A DNA stretch of 62,451 nucleotides from an uncultured Candidatus Saccharibacteria bacterium. GTDB taxonomy: Bacteria > Patescibacteriota > Doudnabacteria > UBA920. This document shows positions 1 through 9,063 of this stretch, in pieces; position 1 is the first letter of the stretch, and every line of letters starts with the position of its first letter. The notes under the pieces are model-generated. The model was not told the origin of the DNA. It saw nothing but the letters and a program-made list of their open reading frames with translations, and ran no database searches. A program made the translations under genes and the position numbers. The stretch lies in assembly GCA_964532425.1 (NCBI GenBank), contig CAZHIA010000009.1, forward strand, positions 1 through 62,451, written 5' to 3'.

Positions 1-322
<322 letters not shown>

Positions 323-886
323 ATCCCGATGGAACCCGGAGGTTCATACGGGACAAGTTCGATCTGTTCCAGAAGAACAAATCATCCCCGCTGCTTACAC
401 CGTAAGCAACGAGACTGGCAGTAATTGTTTTTTGTAACCACAATTACCAAAGGTTTTGAGTATCATTGAACTCGTAAAGAAATTGACGTATTTTAACCTG
501 TCCCGAATCCGCCAGCTGGCGGACGGGACGGTGGTTTTGTACAATTCTTGCTACTATTCAACTGTCAAGGTGCGGGTCCGCTTAGTCGCGGATAGCTGGG
601 CGGCTACGCTGCTCAACTATCCAAGACCGAGTTTTCCACTTGAGCGATAAAAAACACACAAGATTGATGCCTTGTAGTGTTCCATTCTCCACCGATTGGC
701 GGACCTCTTATAATCACCCCGCTCTTTCATCAGAATTTGACCTTTTTTATAGGTATTCTGATTACTCTATTTCACCGTTTCTCTCATAAATATGAGAGAA
801 AGGGCGGGGTTACATAAGAGTAAAATTGGACTCGCTTTTTATGGCGTTTTTAATCTCCGAGGCTTAAAAGTACTAAATACTTAACT

Positions 887-915
887 ATATTAAACGATTC
901 TCAGAATGTTGTCAA
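887..915 (-). promoter_or_regulatory. candidate sigma70-type promoter facing the 16S gene
   Basis: Minus strand reads TTGACA (rc of 910-915), 17 nt, TAATAT (rc of 887-892). It lies about 560 nt upstream of the 16S 5' end. Sequence-only prediction. Confidence 0.35.
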
Positions 916-981
916 GGGAAATTGCAATATTTTCCCATAAATTTTTACAAATTTTAGATCTGGCTTAATTGCAATCAATTA

Positions 982-990
982 TGGTATAAT
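982..990 (+). promoter_or_regulatory. extended -10 promoter (TGgTATAAT)
   Basis: TG at 982-983 and TATAAT at 985-990. No good -35 at 17 nt spacing. Confidence 0.4.
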
Positions 991-997
991 ACCGCTA

Positions 998-1322
998 ACT
1001 TGCCATGAGGAGGAATACTTATAGAAAAGCGCAAAAATAGAGTACCAACCCTCAACGAACGGATGAAACCGTCTGAACGGTTCGCATAACCCACTCAATA
1101 AGGAAGCTGTATGAAGCACGCCGGAATTGGTGGTTAAACGAGTACCAAAAACGCGGCCGCAGTTTGGCCATTCGCACTATTTGAGGGTTCACAGGACCCT
1201 TCGTGAAAAGGAAACAGCACTCTTGATCAGAATCGCTCCACTTCAGTACCTCCAGCAAACCACAATCAACCCTCCATACTGTTTCCTGCCTGCAGAGGCG
1301 ATCCCAGCGATCGCCTCTTTTT
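998..1322 (+). ncRNA. candidate ~320-nt non-coding transcript (class unknown)
   Basis: Bounded by the extended -10 promoter and a canonical terminator at 1294-1322. Only tiny ATG ORFs (8-11 codons) or a non-ATG 65-aa frame are present. I found no RNase P, tmRNA, SRP or 6S signature motifs. Confidence 0.3.
1294..1322 (+). terminator. Rho-independent terminator
   Basis: agaggcgatc (1294-1303) pairs with gatcgcctct (1309-1318), loop ccagc, followed by a T run. Confidence 0.7.
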
Positions 1323-1330
1323 AATTTCTG

Positions 1331-1368
1331 GAAATAAAACAACCGAAGCACTTAGTTAAATGCTTCGG
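1331..1368 (-). terminator. Rho-independent terminator for the 1388-1948 gene
   Basis: ccgaagca (1343-1350) pairs with tgcttcgg (1361-1368). On the minus strand it is followed by ttgttttatttc. Confidence 0.6.
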
Positions 1369-1387
1369 CTATCAACTTGGTGAAACG

Positions 1388-1948
1388 TTACCACGAACGG
1401 CCAACGGCAAGCGTCCAGGCGTACTCTGTTCCCTTGCGCGCGTAAAAGACTTTACTGCAAACCTGGCATGTTCGTTTGCCGCTGCCGTAGACCGGGCTGT
1501 TAAGATTGTTGCAGAGCGGACAGCGGACCGAATACGTATCGGAAAAGACCGCTTCGGGCATCGTTTGCACCACAAGGCTCATCTCACGCTTGCACCCGCT
1601 GCATACTCTTCTGGCCTTATCGGACCGGTGTGCGTGCATACTGGCGCCGCAATCCCGGTACGGGCAGACAAAGCTGCCGTAATCAGAACCAGGCTCGACC
1701 ATGACCGCGACAGTTTCTACCCGGTACGATCCTGAGAAACCGCCGTTTGGAACAGTTCTCAAACCGGTAACATGGTGGTTGACCGGATGCATGATGCGGC
1801 GCAGGCTTTCGCACTGGTGTTTGCTCAGCTTGCCAAGTGAAGGTGCCTGGTTACAACGGTACTTTTGGCGCGAAAGTGGGGTAAAGGTAGGGCCACCACG
1901 GGCGAGGATAACCTCAATGAGGTGTGGGGATAGCGTTTCAGCAGCCAT
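1388..1948 (-). CDS. hypothetical protein with several CxxC zinc-ribbon pairs
   Basis: Start chosen at MAAETL, preceded by aaaggaggcaat (strong SD). Motifs CPYRDC, CSGC, CPLC and CQVC. No family recognised. Confidence 0.6.
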   Translation of the reverse strand: MAAETLSPHLIEVILARGGPTFTPLSRQKYRCNQAPSLGKLSKHQCESLRRIMHPVNHHVTGLRTVPNGGFSGSYRVETVAVMVEPGSDYGSFVCPYRDCGASMHAHRSDKARRVCSGCKREMSLVVQTMPEAVFSDTYSVRCPLCNNLNSPVYGSGKRTCQVCSKVFYARKGTEYAWTLAVGRSW

Positions 1949-2120
1949 ATTGCCTCCTTTGCTGATGCACTTCACCTTACCAAAACCCCGGATAGTTTGC
2001 AATAGCCCGCTTAAAATTCCAGAATTTTTCTGGGGCGTGCTACAATATGAGTGTTACATAATCTTTCGGAATCCGTATATTTATACGAAGTCCGTTTATT
2101 GATCTCTAACACAAACACTC

Positions 2121-2861
2121 ATGCCAGAAACCACCCACTCGTCCGCAGGCAAGGCCGCGGCTTTGATCTTGGGCTTGTGCCTCATTATCAGCTCAGCTGT
2201 TGGCGCGTATGCTTTCATCCAAGGTAAAAACCTGGAAAACAATCTGCAAGTTACCGGCTCTGCCCGCAAAAAAGTGCAAGCCGACACCGTACACTGGACC
2301 GGCAGTTTTTCTCGGTCAGTTGCCAGCACAGATTTAAAATCCGGCTACCAGCAAATGACAGCGGACAGCAAGGCAGTAACTGATTTCTTTACCGGCCGTG
2401 GGATCAATGCCGACCAAATCACTATTTCGCCGGTGGCCATGGAACAGCCGTACAAGTACGATCCGGGTGCCGGTAACGGCAGGAATGACTACACCCTGCG
2501 CCAGACCGTTGATGTCAAATCAACCGACGTGCAAAAAATCACCGATGTCGCCAAAAATATCCAGCCGCTCATAGATCAGGGCGTCATATTTTCCACCTAC
2601 GGCCTTGAATATTCCTACTCCCACCTCGCTGACATGCGCGTCGAGCTTCTGAACGACGCCATGAAGGACGCTTCGGTCCGCGCTAAAAATATTGCCGAAA
2701 GCGGTGGCAGACACATTGGCGACCTGCGCAGCGCCAGCATGGGCGTGGTCCAAGTACTGGCGGAAGGTAGCAATGATATTTCCGACTATGGCTCGTATGA
2801 CACTTCCGGCGTCAACAAGGAAGTTATGGTTACGGTCAAAGCTGCATTCTCGCTCCGTTAA
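2121..2861 (+). CDS. SIMPL (DUF541) domain protein, N-terminal membrane anchor
   Basis: 246-aa ORF with an N-terminal hydrophobic helix. The overall pattern (QVTGSA..V.AD.., YTLRQTVDV, MGVVQV) matches SIMPL / 26 kDa periplasmic immunogenic protein family members. Confidence 0.75.
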   Translation: MPETTHSSAGKAAALILGLCLIISSAVGAYAFIQGKNLENNLQVTGSARKKVQADTVHWTGSFSRSVASTDLKSGYQQMTADSKAVTDFFTGRGINADQITISPVAMEQPYKYDPGAGNGRNDYTLRQTVDVKSTDVQKITDVAKNIQPLIDQGVIFSTYGLEYSYSHLADMRVELLNDAMKDASVRAKNIAESGGRHIGDLRSASMGVVQVLAEGSNDISDYGSYDTSGVNKEVMVTVKAAFSLR

Positions 2862-2874
2862 TCCCTCACGTCGT

Positions 2875-2903
2875 AAAACCCCGGTTTCATTGCCGGGGTT
2901 TTT
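2875..2903 (+). terminator. Rho-independent terminator
   Basis: aaaaccccgg / ccggggtttt hairpin followed by a T run. Confidence 0.75.
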
Positions 2904-2976
2904 AAATTCATTTTGTGAGACCCAGACCGTCGATATATATGACAAAGGTCGTCGCTATAATCCGAATGGAGCCCAT

Positions 2977-3159
2977 ATGTGGCAACAATGGATTAACGGG
3001 ATCCTCGGGATCTGGACCATCATAGCCGCCTGGACCTATATGTCTGCCAGCACAGGACGCACTCTGCTGATTATCACCGGCATCATTGTGGCAGTCCTGG
3101 CTTTCTGGGGCGCTTCCAGGGACACCACCGCGCACCGCCATGGCCCCACCATGGCTTGA
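2977..3159 (+). CDS. small two-helix membrane protein (SPW-repeat-like)
   Basis: ATG at 2977. MWQQWINGILGIWTIIAAW..LLIITGIIVAVLAFWGA, two hydrophobic helices. A terminator follows. Confidence 0.5.
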   Translation: MWQQWINGILGIWTIIAAWTYMSASTGRTLLIITGIIVAVLAFWGASRDTTAHRHGPTMA

Positions 3160-3174
3160 TGGAAACCCGTACAC

Positions 3175-3197
3175 AAAACCCGCCAGCGGCGGGTTTT
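3175..3197 (+). terminator. Rho-independent terminator
   Basis: aaaacccgcc agc ggcgggtttt. Confidence 0.75.
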
Positions 3198-3238
3198 GTG
3201 GCGGAAGACTGGCGGCCTTGATCCTTAATGTTACTCCT

Positions 3239-3847
3239 ATGTCAAAACAGGAACTTTTTACCACGCTCGTCCATAATCAGATACTCGTCACGCCTGCGCT
3301 CCAGAAAGCATTTGCTAAAGTCGACCGGGGAGACTTTGTCCGTCCTGAGTACCAGGAGCTGGCGTATGAAGACCACCCGCTGCCCATCGGCTTCGGTCAG
3401 AGCATTTCCCAACCATCGACCGTGGCATTTATGCTGGAGTTACTTGCTCCAAAAAAAAGCAACGTCATTCTGGACCTGGGAGCCGGATCAGGCTGGACTT
3501 CCTGCTTGCTGGCAGAAGCGGTAGGGCCGCGAGGCCGGGTATATACGGTCGAGGTTATTCCCGAATTGCTCCAATATGCACAATCGAATATCAAACGGTA
3601 TGGCTACAATAACATCACCACGCTTATTTCCTCCGGCAGGCTGGGCTTGCCCCAGTATTCACCGTTTGAGCGGATTCTTGTCTCGGCCGAAGCCCAAGAC
3701 CTCCCGGCAACGCTCATCGACCAATTAGCACTCGGCGGCACGCTGGTCATGCCAATCCAGGGAGCGGTCGTAAAAATCGACAAAGTTGCCGATACCATGT
3801 TGGAAACCCGCACATTTCCCGGATTCGCATTCGTCCCCCTGCAATAA
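3239..3847 (+). CDS. pcm: protein-L-isoaspartate O-methyltransferase
   Basis: MSKQELF.. start. GQSISQPSTVAFMLELL and the SAM motif ILDLGAGSGW. Confidence 0.85.
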   Translation: MSKQELFTTLVHNQILVTPALQKAFAKVDRGDFVRPEYQELAYEDHPLPIGFGQSISQPSTVAFMLELLAPKKSNVILDLGAGSGWTSCLLAEAVGPRGRVYTVEVIPELLQYAQSNIKRYGYNNITTLISSGRLGLPQYSPFERILVSAEAQDLPATLIDQLALGGTLVMPIQGAVVKIDKVADTMLETRTFPGFAFVPLQ

Positions 3848-3852
3848 AATGA

Positions 3853-3876
3853 TCCCCGGCATAACCGGGGGTTTTA
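3853..3876 (+). terminator. Rho-independent terminator
   Basis: ccccgg cataa ccgggg followed by gtttt. Confidence 0.7.
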
Positions 3877-3893
3877 ATTATTCGCGCCGCCAG

Positions 3894-4988
3894 CTAGCTT
3901 CTCCGCTCTTCAAAACTAAAAGTGATGTTTGCTAAAATCACCAGCACTACTGCCCAGCCGAGCATCCACCACACATCTGCCTTTATTCCCGAGAACCCGG
4001 CATTCCTCGTCATAACTTCCCGCAAAGCGGACGAAAAGTAAGTGAGGGGCAAGTATTGGGCAATCCTCTGCAGCCACTGAGGCATGCTCGAAAGGGGGAA
4101 AAATGTGCCTCCGAGGAACAACATTGGGAAGACGACCAAATTGGCCAATGCCGGCACTGTTTCCACGGTGGAAGCCAGTCCGGAAATAGTAAACCCCAAT
4201 CCCAAGAACATAATGGCGCCGAGCAACACGACCAGCAGTACCAACCAGAACGAGCCTATCACATGAGCATGCAACATAAAAACGCCAACCGCGATCAGAA
4301 TAGATGCCTGTATCACGGAAATGATCAGCCGCGTAACAATGTTAGCCGTCACAAACTGGTATGGTTTAACCGGAGTCGCTAATACCCGCTTTAAGATTCC
4401 TTTCTCCTTATAGTCGGCAAACACAAACGCAACTGAAAAGACTGCCATTTGCATAACTGCCAGCGCCACCAATCCCGGCAAGAGGAAGTCTATATATTTT
4501 AAATTATTAACATTCACATCCCGCGTCGCAACCAACACCACATTTGCGGTTCCATGCAGCGCCAGAGAAAGCCGGTCAATAATCTGGTTAATAATTGAGA
4601 TGGCGGTCTGTGCCTGCTGCTCTTGTCCGGTATTAGTGAACGCGGTGATAGTCTGAGGCAACTGAGCGGGATCGGCAGGGATAGCAGCGGAAGGAATTGC
4701 GAGCACCAAAGAACGGTCACCCCGCTCCAGCGCCGCGGCCTCGTCATCACTGCTGCCGGAGGTTACCGAAAAGGCCGGCACCGCTTTGATTTGATCGATA
4801 AATTGCTGAGTCTGAGGGGACGGGTCGGGAGAAACCACGCCGACATTTATTTTGGAGACACGATCAAAACCAATAAAGCCGAAAATCAGCATAATAATGA
4901 GCGGCGTGAACAGCGTAAAAAACAGCGCCTGCCGGTTTCGCACAAACATCTTGATAGAAGCGATGGTGAGCTGGTATGTGGTCCACAT
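3894..4988 (-). CDS. ABC-2 type transporter permease
   Basis: Start moved to MWTTYQL (ATG 4988), because the upstream 14 codons are the word-repeat arm. Multi-TM C-terminal half typical of the ABC-2 family, paired with the ATPase upstream. Confidence 0.85.
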   Translation of the reverse strand: MWTTYQLTIASIKMFVRNRQALFFTLFTPLIIMLIFGFIGFDRVSKINVGVVSPDPSPQTQQFIDQIKAVPAFSVTSGSSDDEAAALERGDRSLVLAIPSAAIPADPAQLPQTITAFTNTGQEQQAQTAISIINQIIDRLSLALHGTANVVLVATRDVNVNNLKYIDFLLPGLVALAVMQMAVFSVAFVFADYKEKGILKRVLATPVKPYQFVTANIVTRLIISVIQASILIAVGVFMLHAHVIGSFWLVLLVVLLGAIMFLGLGFTISGLASTVETVPALANLVVFPMLFLGGTFFPLSSMPQWLQRIAQYLPLTYFSSALREVMTRNAGFSGIKADVWWMLGWAVVLVILANITFSFEERRS

Positions 4989-4993
4989 AGTAG

Positions 4994-5190
4994 AATTGAC
5001 ATAAATGACATAATTGAACAAAATTGACAAAATTGGAACACAAGAAATTCATTAAAATTTATAGAAACTGATTGAGATTAGTTGTGTCTCACAAATAGTT
5101 TCCATAAATTTCTACTAGTTCCTATTAATTCATGCAGTGGGTAGTAATAATTTTGTCAATTTTGTCAATTTTTTAAATTTTGTTCAATTA
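4994..5190. repeat. word-repeat inverted repeat, family ttgacaaaat (about 200-nt imperfect palindrome)
   Basis: Left arm aattgacataaatgacataattgaacaaaattgacaaaattgg (4994-5036). Right arm taataattttgtcaattttgtcaattttttaaattttgttcaatta (5146-5190). Fills the ATPase-stop to permease-start gap. Confidence 0.8.
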
Positions 5191-5192
5191 CC

Positions 5193-6110
5193 TTATTCTC
5201 TCAGTTCGTGCCCGGTCAGTTTCAAAAATACGTCCTCTAAACTCGGGCGTTTGAGTTGTAAATCGGTTAATTCGGCATTGTTCTTGGCCATTGCGTCAAC
5301 CAGGGCAGGCAAAGTTTGCTGTGGCTGTTTACTGGTCACCACATAACCGGTATTATGAGTTTCAACCGCTTCCGCACCCGGCAGCTGCCGCAGTTTATCC
5401 ACTGGCAGCCTGCGCGCGCTTTGAAACAAGATGCGGGAAGATACCCCACTGCCCCTGACCAGTCCTTCCGTGGTGTTCAACGCAATGATCCGGGCATTAT
5501 CCATTATGGCAATTCGGTCACAGAGAATTTCAGCTTCATCCATGTAGTGAGTCGTCAGTACCAGCGTTTTTCCTTCCCGGTGTATGGTGCGGATAAGCTC
5601 CCACAGGTTCCGGCGGGCTTGCGGGTCAAGTCCAGTAGTCGGCTCGTCCAAAAATATCACCTTCGGGTCATTTACCAGCGCAACCGCTATGGACAGTCGC
5701 TGCTTCTGCCCGCCGGAAAGCTCCTTGACCTTGCTGTGGGATTTGTCTTCCAGCTGCACCAGTTCGAGCAAGGACTGTGCGGACACACGCCGGCCATACA
5801 TGGCACCGAAGGTTTCCAGCAGTTCCAGTAGGTCAAGGCCATCAAAGAACGCTGAAGACTGCAACTGCACGCCGATGCGGCTTTTGACCGCGGCGGTCTC
5901 CTTGGCCACATCAAGCTGGTCCAGCAGGACATACCCTTCCGTAATGGATTTGAGACCCTCCATCATCTCTAAAGTAGTTGTTTTCCCGGCCCCATTCGGT
6001 CCCAAAATGCCAAAAATCTCTCCCTGGCGGACATCGAAAGAGATATGGTCAACCGCTACGAATTCTCCATATTCTTTTGTGAGGTTATAGGCCGTTATTA
6101 TTTCTTGCAT
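5193..6110 (-). CDS. ABC transporter ATP-binding protein (DrrA-like exporter ATPase)
   Basis: Walker A GPNGAGKTT, signature LSGGQKQRL, Walker B VIFLDEPTTGLD. Start taken at MQEII (6110); the ORF could extend to 6128. Confidence 0.9.
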   Translation of the reverse strand: MQEIITAYNLTKEYGEFVAVDHISFDVRQGEIFGILGPNGAGKTTTLEMMEGLKSITEGYVLLDQLDVAKETAAVKSRIGVQLQSSAFFDGLDLLELLETFGAMYGRRVSAQSLLELVQLEDKSHSKVKELSGGQKQRLSIAVALVNDPKVIFLDEPTTGLDPQARRNLWELIRTIHREGKTLVLTTHYMDEAEILCDRIAIMDNARIIALNTTEGLVRGSGVSSRILFQSARRLPVDKLRQLPGAEAVETHNTGYVVTSKQPQQTLPALVDAMAKNNAELTDLQLKRPSLEDVFLKLTGHELRE

Positions 6111-6117
6111 ATAAACA

Positions 6118-6144
6118 AAAATAGTCATTATTAATGACTATTTT
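6118..6144. promoter_or_regulatory. 27-nt perfect AT-rich palindrome (operator or weak terminator)
   Basis: aaatagtcatta t taatgactattt, lying between the exonuclease stop (6168) and the ABC ATPase start (6110). Confidence 0.4.
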
Positions 6145-6167
6145 GTATCCGCATTCTTTCCAATTGT

Positions 6168-6788
6168 TCATTGTTCGTCAGCGATGTATTCGAGCCCGGC
6201 CGGTTGTTTTATTTCCCTGAGCTGCTGTTTTGGAGCAATCTTTTTGATCGTTTGGCGAACGGTTTGCCCGAGCTGGTCGGCTGGAAACTGCCTTGCGGCC
6301 ATTTTTAGAAAATCCCACACCACAACCGCGTCATCCAGCGCCCGATGGCGCCGCTTACAGCGAAAATCAAAACGATCTATGATAGCGCTTAAGTTATGCC
6401 TTTTGTGTTCCGGATACAATACGCGCGACAGCCGTACCGTGCAGAGCGTTTCGCAGGAAAAGGCCAGCCCCGCCCGGCGGAATTCAGCTTTCAAAAATCC
6501 ATAGTCAAAACTGCTGTTATGGGCAACTAAAACCGCATCTTCAAAATAATTTAGGACACCTTCAGCCAGCTCGGTAAAACCAGGAGCAGACCTGACATGG
6601 CGCTCAGCAATCCCCGTAAACTCGGTAATGAACTCGGGTATAGGGAGACCGGGATTAACGAATGTCCGGTATTTCGCTGCAACCCGCCCTTTTTCTATAC
6701 GCAACAAGCCGATCTCAATGATCCGCCCGGTAGCCGGATTACCGCCGGTAGTCTCCACGTCAACAATAGTATAATTACGGGTAAACAT
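6168..6788 (-). CDS. DnaQ-like 3'-5' exonuclease (DNA Pol III epsilon family)
   Basis: Exo motifs IVDVETTG, LVAHNSSFDYGFL and HRALDDAVV. Start at MFTRNYT (6788); the ORF extends to 6812. Confidence 0.85.
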   Translation of the reverse strand: MFTRNYTIVDVETTGGNPATGRIIEIGLLRIEKGRVAAKYRTFVNPGLPIPEFITEFTGIAERHVRSAPGFTELAEGVLNYFEDAVLVAHNSSFDYGFLKAEFRRAGLAFSCETLCTVRLSRVLYPEHKRHNLSAIIDRFDFRCKRRHRALDDAVVVWDFLKMAARQFPADQLGQTVRQTIKKIAPKQQLREIKQPAGLEYIADEQ

Positions 6789-6816
6789 ACGAATAGTATA
6801 ACCAAACAACAATTAT

Positions 6817-6930
6817 TCTACAAAACTACCCTGCGGAAATATCCAAATCTACGGAAAACTACGGATTCTCTAAGTGAGGATCCGTAGTTTTCCGTAGATT
6901 TGTAGTTTTGCGTAGCTCCGTAGTTATCTG
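6817..6930. repeat. word-repeat inverted repeat, family ctacgga/ccgtag, with a perfect 22-bp stem
   Basis: aaatctacggaaaactacggat (6845-6866) is the exact reverse complement of atccgtagttttccgtagattt (6880-6901). 13-nt loop, with imperfect word extensions on both sides. Confidence 0.9.
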
Positions 6931-7463
6931 AAACCGCCGGGAGTAAGAGAATGGATACCGCCGGGCAGCTGCCCAATGACATTGTTCGACCCAAGACAGA
7001 ACGTAATCGTATAAGTGCTACCCCGGGCGTCGGCTTCGTAATAATATTGATTGTTCGTGGTATTGCACGTGGTACCTCCGGCATTGTTATCTGGAGGAGC
7101 GGGTGCGGTTGGCATCTTGGATATGTAGGTAGGAGTGATCGAACCGGTGCCGAGGGTGGTGATTGCCTGCATTTGTAAGGTCCCCATTACCGCACCGCCG
7201 GTCTGCGTATATCCGCTGCCCACTGAACCGGTACCGGTAGGATAGGCAGCGTAGTCGTTATAGAAGAGCTCCAATGCTTTTGCCACCTGGTTCATATCCG
7301 CAACACGGCGCGCATCTCGGGATTTCATGCGCGCTGAATTCAAGGCCACCAGTACAACGGACGCTAAAAGACCAATGATAGCAATAACCACCAGAAGTTC
7401 AATCAGGGTAAAGCCTCCCTGCCGGCATGAACCTTTCGACAATTGCCCGAATTTTGCAGGCAT
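6924..7463 (-). CDS. type IV pilin / pseudopilin (prepilin N-terminal methylation domain)
   Basis: [31 protein letters not shown] class III signal, then RDARRVADMNQV..LELFYND. Confidence 0.9.
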   Translation of the reverse strand: MPAKFGQLSKGSCRQGGFTLIELLVVIAIIGLLASVVLVALNSARMKSRDARRVADMNQVAKALELFYNDYAAYPTGTGSVGSGYTQTGGAVMGTLQMQAITTLGTGSITPTYISKMPTAPAPPDNNAGGTTCNTTNNQYYYEADARGSTYTITFCLGSNNVIGQLPGGIHSLTPGGFR

Positions 7464-7681
7464 ATAAGTGCCAATGATCAGTTTTTATTTTGTGAGTTGA
7501 TTTCTCAACAATGGATGCTCTTGCTTTATATAATACCACACTATATTTAAAAAGCCTAGTTATTTACCTTATACAGCCAGATTCTTCGTGCGCGAATATT
7601 TGATCAGGCTTACTAGCCCGATCGATAAAAAATGTGCGCATATATCAAAACAAAAGCCCCGCCTTAAGCGGGGCTGTGAAC

Positions 7682-8227
7682 TTATTGGATACCCTGGGGA
7701 GTCAACGTGTGAGAACCGGACTGCAAGCCGCCGGTCACACCACCGAGACAGAATGTGAGGGTGTATCTACTCCCGTTACTCATGGCTTCGTACCAGTAGT
7801 TGTTGGAACCCCTGGCAGCGGACGAGGCACAGGTGTTGTCAGCCGGCAGCGGAGCGGTCGGGATGATACCGATGTAAGTCGGGGTCAAATTGACCGAACC
7901 GTTCGGGCCGGATGCCGTCAAAGTCGTTCCACCAAACACACCTCCAGAAGCTGCGGAGTACGTGCTATTGGTCGGATACGCACTGGCATCGTTAAAGAAG
8001 AGTTCCAACGCGGACGCAAACTGTCTGACATCGGCCATTCTTTTGGCATCTCTAGACTTGGCTCGAGCCGAGTTTAAGGCCAATAAGACCACGGACGCTA
8101 AAAGACCGATGATAGCGATAACCACGAGCAATTCGATAAGAGTGAAACCCCGGGATCCGGGTGCAGACGCTGTTTTTGCAACCATCTGAACTCTCTGGCT
8201 GAAAGCAATGTTCTTCTCTTTATTCAT
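7682..8227 (-). CDS. type IV pilin / pseudopilin paralog
   Basis: [31 protein letters not shown]. The C-terminal half resembles the neighbour (TLTFCLGG vs TITFCLGS). Confidence 0.9.
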   Translation of the reverse strand: MNKEKNIAFSQRVQMVAKTASAPGSRGFTLIELLVVIAIIGLLASVVLLALNSARAKSRDAKRMADVRQFASALELFFNDASAYPTNSTYSAASGGVFGGTTLTASGPNGSVNLTPTYIGIIPTAPLPADNTCASSAARGSNNYWYEAMSNGSRYTLTFCLGGVTGGLQSGSHTLTPQGIQ

Positions 8228-8381
8228 TATATATAATTTGTTTTTACTGTTTAAATTTCAAAAGACGAATCTCCCACCTTATTATTACTATAGCACTAGA
8301 TCCGTCCACATTCAAGAGATTTGTCCATAAATATGAAGGAATTAATCAAAAACCCGTACCCTGCAGGGTACGGGTTTTTGA

Positions 8382-8957
8382 TTATTGGATGATTTTGTCG
8401 ATCAATCCGTATTTTTTCGCCTCATCGGCTGTCATGAAGTAATCGCGATCGGAATCAGTTTCAATTTTCTTTACTGGTTGGCCGGTATGCTTCGACAGGA
8501 TCTGGTTGATCTGGTTTTTAATGCGCAGCATTTCCTTGGCCTGTATCTCCACGTCTTTCTGCTGGCCTTCGACGCCTCCCATAACCTGGTGTATGAGTAC
8601 GCGGGCATTCGGCAGTGAAAACCGCTTGCCTTTAGCCCCGCAGGCGAGCAACACCGCAGCCGCGGAGGCTGCTTGCCCGAGACAAATGGTCGCCACGTCG
8701 GCTTTCACGTGTTGCATCGTATCATACAGCGCCAGTGCGGCAGTGACGGACCCGCCCGGAGAATTAATGTAGATCTTAATGTCTTCCTTGCTATTTTCAG
8801 CATCAAGAAAGAGCATCTGTGCAATGATCGTATTGGCTACCGCATCATCAATGGGCTCGCCGAGGAAGATGATGCGCTCGCGGAGCAGCCGGCTGTATAT
8901 GTCATACGCCCGCTCACCCATCGGACTGCGCTCAATCACTATAGGTACTAATGGCAT
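8382..8957 (-). CDS. clpP: ATP-dependent Clp protease proteolytic subunit
   Basis: [43 protein letters not shown]. Start at 8957, since the upstream codons are repeat arm. Confidence 0.95.
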   Translation of the reverse strand: MPLVPIVIERSPMGERAYDIYSRLLRERIIFLGEPIDDAVANTIIAQMLFLDAENSKEDIKIYINSPGGSVTAALALYDTMQHVKADVATICLGQAASAAAVLLACGAKGKRFSLPNARVLIHQVMGGVEGQQKDVEIQAKEMLRIKNQINQILSKHTGQPVKKIETDSDRDYFMTADEAKKYGLIDKIIQ

Positions 8958-8963
8958 AAGCTT

Positions 8964-9057
8964 GAAATTCCAAATATCAAATATCAAATATCAAATTAAC
9001 ACAAATGGGCACGAGCGACTGGTTTCATTTGTAATTTGAAATTTGTAATTTGAAATT
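8964..9057. repeat. word-repeat inverted repeat, family aattccaaat (period-7 arms)
   Basis: gaaattc caaatat caaatat caaatat caaatt versus catttgta atttgaa atttgta atttgaa att. The inner pair is acaaatg / catttgt. Arms are imperfectly complementary. Confidence 0.7.
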
Positions 9058-9063
9058 AATGAT

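Noticed and set aside
998-1322. RNase P RNA, tmRNA, SRP RNA or 6S RNA as the identity of the candidate ncRNAs. This also applies to 47670-48227 and 55718-55936.
   Set aside because: The hallmark motifs were not found by eye: GGAAAGUCC and ACAGAA for RNase P, a tRNA-like acceptor with CCA for tmRNA, and the GGAA-capped helix 8 with AGCAG for SRP. The candidates are left as unclassified, and a covariance-model scan is needed.
8964-8997. Possible CRISPR array suggested by short tandem repeats. Also seen at 11544-11594, 46571-46611 and 16461-16490.
   Set aside because: The repeat period is only 7-10 nt, with no unique spacers of 25-40 nt. The units are degenerate and usually paired with a complementary arm. 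No cas genes are in the window.
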